Source: Schizochytrium sp. TIO01 (taxonomy: Eukaryota; Protista; Bigyra: Labyrinthulomycetes). Taken from it: a DNA stretch of 64,000 nucleotides. Made by a program: the position numbers and the translations under genes. A model generated the notes under the pieces. The model was not told the origin of the DNA and ran no database searches. It was given only the letters and a program-made list of their open reading frames with translations. Of the stretch, positions 57,433-64,000 are shown one piece after another. The DNA is taken from NCBI GenBank assembly GCA_004764695.1, contig SMSO01000036.1:2294001-2358000 (forward strand), in the 5' to 3' direction. Positions within the stretch are counted from its first letter, which is position 1, and every line of letters begins with the position of its first letter.

Positions 57433-59680
57433 CGCGGCCAGAGCTGAGTTGACTAATCTACGCTAGCGTGTTTTGAGAATTCTTGCCTGTCCTGGGTAAA
57501 GGTCAGCAACAAATTCTTGTCTTTGCAACTAGCTTGGTCTTGAGCTGCTGTAGTGCCGTTATCAACCGTCGTCTTGGATTCCCGGTTTGCCCCAAAAGAA
57601 CTTTCAACAGACCCGATTCTCTCGTGGGCTTTGACTGATCAAGTCGAAACGAATGTGCTCGGTGTCGTACCAATTATACGTCCACTTTATGGGTAGTGTA
57701 TGCCTTCTTCTAAATTCGCCCAGTCTTTGGGGTCCGCAAAAATGTTTGTTATGCAAGTGAAAGCCAATTCGCAATCAACCGCCCAAATTTGCGTGTGCGC
57801 CTGCGTGGTGATATTGTCTCCGTCAGTGCAATCAATCAAAGGTCTTCGGGGCCCTCTCTCCAGATCCCCGAGACCACAACCAAATGCTCACTGCAGCTGG
57901 TTCGTACTTGGAGATAAGTTTTGGCGCTAACTCGAATCACGAAAGCGTTATCTCTATGATAATATAGTATATATAGATAAGAAGGGAAAGCAATGAAACA
58001 GAGAGAAAACAAAAACAACAAAAGAAACAACAACCTCAGCTTTGCCTGGCTTCGCGAGCGTCTGGACAGCGTTCGCAAGACACGGGGGGAGGCAGTCCGT
58101 GCAAAGAACCTGGCAGCCCGCAAGCGATCGATGGGGCCTGGTTGTGGCTAGCTCGCGATGGGCGTGCGTGGGACGCGGCTGCGGTCTCGATTCTCGATTC
58201 AAGTTCTCAAACACAACGTTCGCATGGGCGTACAAATGGCCCTCGCAGAGTTTACCCCAGTGGTCCTCAGAGGAGGCCTCCACAGTTCTCTCAATGACCT
58301 CTTCCTCTCAACAGGTAAACCTTGTATTCATCCAGAGGGAGGTTTTTGAGAGATGATGCCTTTTTAGGCCAGTGTGTCTCCGACACAGCCTCCACTGAGC
58401 TCAATTAAATACTTGTGAGACAGTTCTTTAAGTTTGGACGGTTTTGAAGTGAGAAGAGTGTGAGGGGGTAGATTTATAAAAAGTTTCAGAGGAGAGGCCT
58501 GCACACTGGGAGGGCTGTTCTGGGATTGCGAGGGTAAAAGAACGCCGCTCCTATAGTCCCTTAATCGAGGCGTTCCAAGTTATCTCGCCTCTTAGGCGTC
58601 GCTAAAGGAGTCCTACCGCCTGTTGCTGAGACGGAGGCGCCGCCAGTCTTGGAATTCGACGCTTTCTCGCACTCGTTGCGTTCTCGCCACGGAGGTTACT
58701 CTCAGGCCAAGGAAGGCCGGGCTGACACAAACCTCCCTGAAGCACACCGCCACTGACTTGCGGGAGTGGGATGCGTGCCACCTCCATTGGCGGGGGTGGG
58801 TAGGTTTGGCAGGGTCCCTCGAACTCCTTCACTCTGCAAGAACTGCACTGCCATTGGTTGGTTTACATTATTATGTAGTGTAAAACACATATGACCGTTG
58901 AACGGTCATATTTCCTGGAGTGCTTGACCTCAAGACCTACCGCGATTCGCAGGCTACGCTACGAAGAGCTCGCCCGCTTGCTTGCTTTCTTGCTTGCCTG
59001 CTTGCTTTCTTGAAACATCCTCCACGAAGATGGGCGCGAAGGCGGTGAGCGCGTCGAGCATCCATGTCTTCGGCTTCGGTCGAGCGAGATTGGACATCTG
59101 ATAACGAGGGACCAATAGGCAAGTACGCAGTAGAACTCCACTAGGCCACGGAGCAACCCCTCGCTTGCTACTTCTGCTTCTTGCTGCAGGTAGATAGATG
59201 GATAGATGGATAGATGGATAGAGAGATTCACGTCACTCCTCTCAGGCTCTCCGCCGTGTCACTCGCATGTGAGCAGAGCAGTTTAGTTCGGCTTGGAGAG
59301 GGCTCTTGGTGGCCCTACGCTTCTGCATGCAAGCCCTGACTTGCTTCACTCACGAGTGCGCTGCAGTGGGTGGAACAATTAGAACGCGGCGATTGCATGC
59401 TCAATGATTGGTGGCAGCTTCCCGCTTGGAGGACCTGATGCGTAACGGCAGCGAAGCGTATCTTAAGTGCTGTGATGGGATGAAGTCGCAGGCCGTCTTA
59501 GCGCTGGCTGGGCTGAAGAGCAGCGGGGTGACCGGGGCAGGCAGAGGCCACGATCAGTAATTCGGACATACATACCATGGTCCAACAATACCACCCAGCT
59601 TTTTATGGCAAGGGATTGTTTGATATATGACGAAGAAAGCGCAACGGAAGCGCCAGAGCAGCGGCTCTCGAGTGATCAGT

Positions 59681-59768
59681 GTTGAAGAGTATTGAAGAGT
59701 ATTGAAGAGTATTGAAGAGTATTGAAGAGTATTGCAGAGTATTGAAGAGTATTGAAGAGTATTGAAGA
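59681..59768. repeat. 10-bp minisatellite (ATTGAAGAGT) x ~9
   Basis: Direct reading; one unit is ATTGCAGAGT. Confidence 0.95.
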
Positions 59769-59948
59769 AGTGAGCTCCAACATGAAAACACGCGAGACAG
59801 CTAGGTTCTTCGAGCAAAGGCATCTGACACTAGATTGCCTGCTTTTGGTGCGAAGAACGGTGCTGCACCACTTATTACTAGTATGTATGCGATTATTATT
59901 ATTATTAATTTTGAAAATTTGTCTTCCATATTTAATAACCAATTCTTG

Positions 59949-61250
59949 AACGCTGAGAACATTATTGCGCCTACTAGGAATATGTAAAAAGTTTGTCTAG
60001 AACTTTTAAAGAATCGGCCATCCTATTTACAATAGCTAGTATTTCTTTGGCACGGAGAACATTAGGCAGTGCCATGAAATAAAACTTAAATAATATACAT
60101 ATATTGGGCGAATTCAGGTAGCTCAGGAACTATAGTATGCAATCTCCTCCTTTGGACTTTATCAATTTACCAGCACGTATTGCGCCAACATGATCAACGC
60201 GTCTCATGAAAAGACACAACTTATTTAAAAGCTCAAAATCACTCTCCTTTTTTACATGCTTGAGAAATTGACAAGATTTTGATTATAAACGAATTCGTTT
60301 GCGTCATCGTGATTCTTTCAAATTGTGCATCTTATTCGTTCAAGGCAAATGCGTGCGTCATGTGCTCGTGTCAACAGCACTAATTCATGTGATGAAAATG
60401 CGGGCCAGAATTATCTGTTCAGAATTATTTATTTTCACAAAACTAACTTGAATTCAATTGTTGCTCGGTTTAAAAAGATTCCAATTTGCTAATTTATCTC
60501 TCTATTGAAGAGAGGCTTTTGACACATATGTGAGGCCTCTACGATTATGTCCTAGCACAAACGCGGAGAACATTATTGCGCATACTAGGAATATGTAAAA
60601 AGTTTATTGACAACTTAGAGAATCCGCGATCCTATTTACAATAGCTAGTGTTTCTTTGGCACGGGCGGAGAACATTGTTGCTCTTACTAGGAATATGTAA
60701 AAAGTTTATTAGAGAATCTGCCATCCCATTTGCAATAGATGGTTCTTTGGCACGGAGAACATTAAGCATGCCATGAAATGAAACTTAAATAATATACATA
60801 TATTGGTAGAATTCAGGTATCTCAGGTAATATAGTTTGAAATCTCCTCCTTTGGACTTTATCAATTTACCAGCGCGTCAACATGATCAACACGTCTCATG
60901 AAAAGACACAACTTATTTAAAAGCTCAAAATCACTCTCCTTTTTTACATGCTTGAGAAATTGACAAGATTTTGATTATTATAAACAAATACGTTTGCGCC
61001 ATCGTGATGCTTTCAAATTGTGCATCTTATTCGTTCAAGGCAAATGCGTGCGTCATGTTCTCGTGTTAACAGCACTAATTCATGTGATGAAAATGCGGGA
61101 CAGAATTATCTGTTCAGAATTATTTATTTTCACAAAACTAACTTGAATTTAATTGTTGCTCTGTTCAAAAAGATTCCAATTTGCTAATTTATCTCTCTAT
61201 TGAAGGGAGGCTTTTGACACATATGTGAGGCCTCTGCGATAATGTCCTAG
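59949..61250. repeat. Tandem ~610-bp duplication (59949..60555; 60560..61250) with an extra ~100-bp sub-repeat in copy 2
   Basis: Structure a-b / a-a-b. Sub-units start at GAGAACATT; both copies end ATGTCCTAG. Confidence 0.9.
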
Positions 61251-61613
61251 AAATTTCCTCGCTTTTATCTTCTTCGCAGTCAGGGGTACCGTTTTGTCTT
61301 GGACGCTGAAAATTTACACTTTACACTTTTCAATGAACTGAATGGTAATTTTATAATTTAATCTTTACTTCAAAGATTTCCATAAAAACAATATCTAGAT
61401 CTCTTTTGCAACGCGCTTCTTCTCAAAGTAAGGCGCTTTGGCGGGTTGATATCAATAATCACAGTTGGCCGCGCCGCCGAGCCACTAGATGATTCGAGTA
61501 GCCACTTTGATTAACAACTCAGCCAAGGACATATCTTCCTCTGTGCAGGTGCGGGTTGTTCGTTGTGAACGCGCTGCCTCAAAGAGACAATACTGACACC
61601 GAACTCAAGTCTC

Positions 61614-61866
61614 TTGTTTGTTTGTTTGTTTGTTTGTTTGTTTGTTTGTTTGTTTGTTTGTTTGTTTGTTTGTTTGTTTGTTTGTTTGTTTGTTTGTTTG
61701 TTTGTTTGTTTGTTTGTTTGTTTGTTTGTTTGTTTGTTTGTTTGTTTGTTTGTTTGTTTGTTTGTTTGTTTGTTTGTTTGTTTGTTTGTTTGTTTGTTTG
61801 TTTGTTTGTTTGTTTGTTTGTTTGTTTGTTTGTTTGTTTGTTTGTTTGTTTGTTTGTTTGTTTGTT

Positions 61867-61926
<60 letters not shown>

Positions 61927-62002
61927 TTTCTTTTTCTTTTTCTTTTTCTTTTTCTTTTTCTTTTTTCTTTTTCTTTTTCTTTTTCTTTTTCTTTTTCTTT
62001 TC
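61614..62002. repeat. Compound microsatellite (TTTG)~63 - (TTTC)n - (TTTTTC)n
   Basis: Direct reading. Confidence 0.97.
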
Positions 62003-62865
62003 TCACCTGTTTGCGTACCCCACGCCGCGCTTCCTAACTACACCTACCAAATTTTCAAGTTAGTTAAGCATTTTGCAGCTTAAACTGCTGAAGGGAGAAA
62101 GGTCGGTAAGCTGGGCCCAAAATTGGGCCCGCCAATCTTTACGCCTAACCAACATGAGACATAGGCTTCCATGATCGATTCCTACGCACGTTCAAACAGG
62201 CTCCTTTTCTGCAGGTGCTATTATCCACTGCTTACGAGCGCTCCGAACTTTAAAAATGTTGCTTCTTTTTTTTTTAAGTCTCCTCAGACCCTTCAGCTTG
62301 ACGACCTTCAAATCCTCGGCTATCTAATAAAAGAAAAATTTGTTAAAATGGAACCAATTACTATTTAAATTTAATAAATAAAAAAAATCGAACTTTAGAA
62401 AAATCTTTATATCGAAGTGAAAAGGTGATTAGCAAGAGCGGTTGAAAGCAGTAGAAGATCCATGGGACCGCAATGAAGCAGCTCGTTCTCTAATGCAAGA
62501 TGCATCTTCATCAGGCACAGTGTAGCAAAAGACCATCAAGAACACCTTTCAGGAAATCTGAGAAGCAGGATTAGTTTGGTAGTTAAACTTTTTTTTTTTT
62601 TCCGAAAAGTTTCAGTTCATTTTGCAAACAATCTTGGCATTTCAAAAAAAAAAAAAAGCTTTAATAATAAAATCGAATTTGAAGAATATGAAAGCAATTC
62701 CCAAACGCTTGAACTGTCCTTTCCTAGATATTAAGCAAGAAGAGTACTGCTAGGCTTTACCTAGTATAATTCGGTGCGACCCCTTCGCATGCGAAACAGC
62801 GCGTACAGAGAATACATACATCTGAATAGTCACTGTTAAATCTCGTGAGTGTCTCTGGTACAATC

Positions 62866-63237
62866 ATGACAGATCAACGGCATAACCAACTAAATGCCCG
62901 CAGATCCGCTGATCCTCCTCAGCACCTGGGCTCACAGGGCTTGGGAGATTGTCCAACTTCAAGCCTTGGGAGAACCAATCTGTCCTTCGACCAAGGAAAC
63001 TATCAGCAGAAACCTTGGCCAAAAAGACAAGGGTACCTGTCTACGAACCAACAAGAACACCAGCAACAAAACCCCAGACTCCAGCCACTATCCTTCACGT
63101 GTTTTCGTTCGGAACCAGGTAGCTCCTGGAAAACTGCCGAAAGCACGTCTGACATGAATGAGTTCAACGGCGTGAAAGCTCCCCTGGTAGCTTCCCATAT
63201 TGACTGCTCTTCCCCCAACACTTCAACAATTTTCCCC

Positions 63238-63269
<32 letters not shown>

Positions 63270-64000
63270 TAATTTCACGGAACCGATTAACAACGTCTAT
63301 TTGGAAGGCATACTTCAGAGTACGGATGGTCAGCATGGATTCCCTGACCCGATTGAGTTAATTAATTTTGACGAAGATTTGCTCTTTCCAATTTCTGCTC
63401 CGACTTTTGAGGTTTCAAGTTCTGATTCACACCAATTCGAATTGGATTTCCTAAATATTTTGAATAGCACTCCAGATCAAATTTCAGAAGGAACACCAAT
63501 GCACTCTGATGTCCCTATCTGTAACCCACGCAACCCGAGACCACAAAATACTATCAAAACCAAGGCATCAGTACCTGAGGTTTCTGCAACCTACGATGTA
63601 AGATATACATTGGTAGAGGCAGGACAAAATCATAATCTCTCCCATACCACAATCCAAGTTCCCGGTGTTGTGGTACAACCTACATCAACAATGTGGTATG
63701 CGTTCCCTCGTAAAACAGGAGAAGGATTACGCACACAACTTGTAGTCATTATGCTTCATCCTGGTACCAAACTCAGTGACTATGTTCTTGACGTCGTTTC
63801 TGATCTATCAGCTACACCGCGTACCCGAGCAGCACCAGCAGTGCTCGTACAAGGAGAAGAAGAACAGCAAACCAGTACAACAGATGAAGCTGTACTGCAA
63901 CGTTTTACTTTTACGCAAAAGGAACATATTTTATCTGGAAGCGGGTCCAGTAGCACTTACGACAGCGACGCAACAGAAAATTCAGAACAAATGATAAACG
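62866..64000 (+). CDS. Hypothetical polyQ-containing protein, 5' part; runs off the window
   Basis: Frame from ATG 62866 (MTDQRHNQLN...) stays open for 378 codons to the window end. It has no stop in the window, so it is absent from the ORF track. Q10 tract at ~63238-63267. Confidence 0.75.

Noticed and set aside
56659-57447. 262-aa plus-strand ORF
   Set aside because: GTG start and fully antisense to the 608-aa gene; shadow ORF.
59554-59949. ORFs with FNTLQYSSIL repeats
   Set aside because: Translation artefacts of the 10-bp minisatellite.
61556-62083. ORFs with LFVC / TNKQ repeats
   Set aside because: Translation of the TTTG/TTTC microsatellite.
1-64000. tRNA/rRNA genes
   Set aside because: No cloverleaf or rRNA-conserved motifs recognised by eye; tRNAscan-SE or Infernal would be needed to exclude them fully.

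Overview
Eukaryotic, intron-poor protist DNA. The microsatellite-rich UTRs and the gene set are compatible with a thraustochytrid/labyrinthulomycete; that assignment is inference only. The first ~35 kb is an accessory array of seven paralogous secreted proteins (A1, A2, B1-B4, and truncated C). They share the architecture signal peptide - long-form C-type-lectin-like domain - PAN/apple - Pro/Thr stalk - 10-Cys TIL-like - CUB. Within each subfamily the C-terminal parts are almost identical at DNA level. A Tyr/Ser/Asp-rich loop between two conserved Cys in the lectin-like domain is hypervariable (57-139 codons) and patchwork between copies, consistent with a recognition-protein repertoire diversified by segmental gene conversion. 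The spacers hold a 4.8-kb tandem duplication, a probable MULE (SWIM) relic, conserved upstream motifs and a hairpin-dense island. The right half holds SURF2, a TFKP-repeat coiled-coil protein, a BPNT1-like phosphatase, a PAK kinase, SmD1, two possible regulators and several repeats. It also holds a 1.5-kaa single-polypeptide fusion of GUP1/HHAT-type MBOAT, fatty acyl-AMP ligase and carrier domain, which looks like a self-contained CoA-independent acylation machine. All identities and domain calls were made by eye; no searches were run.
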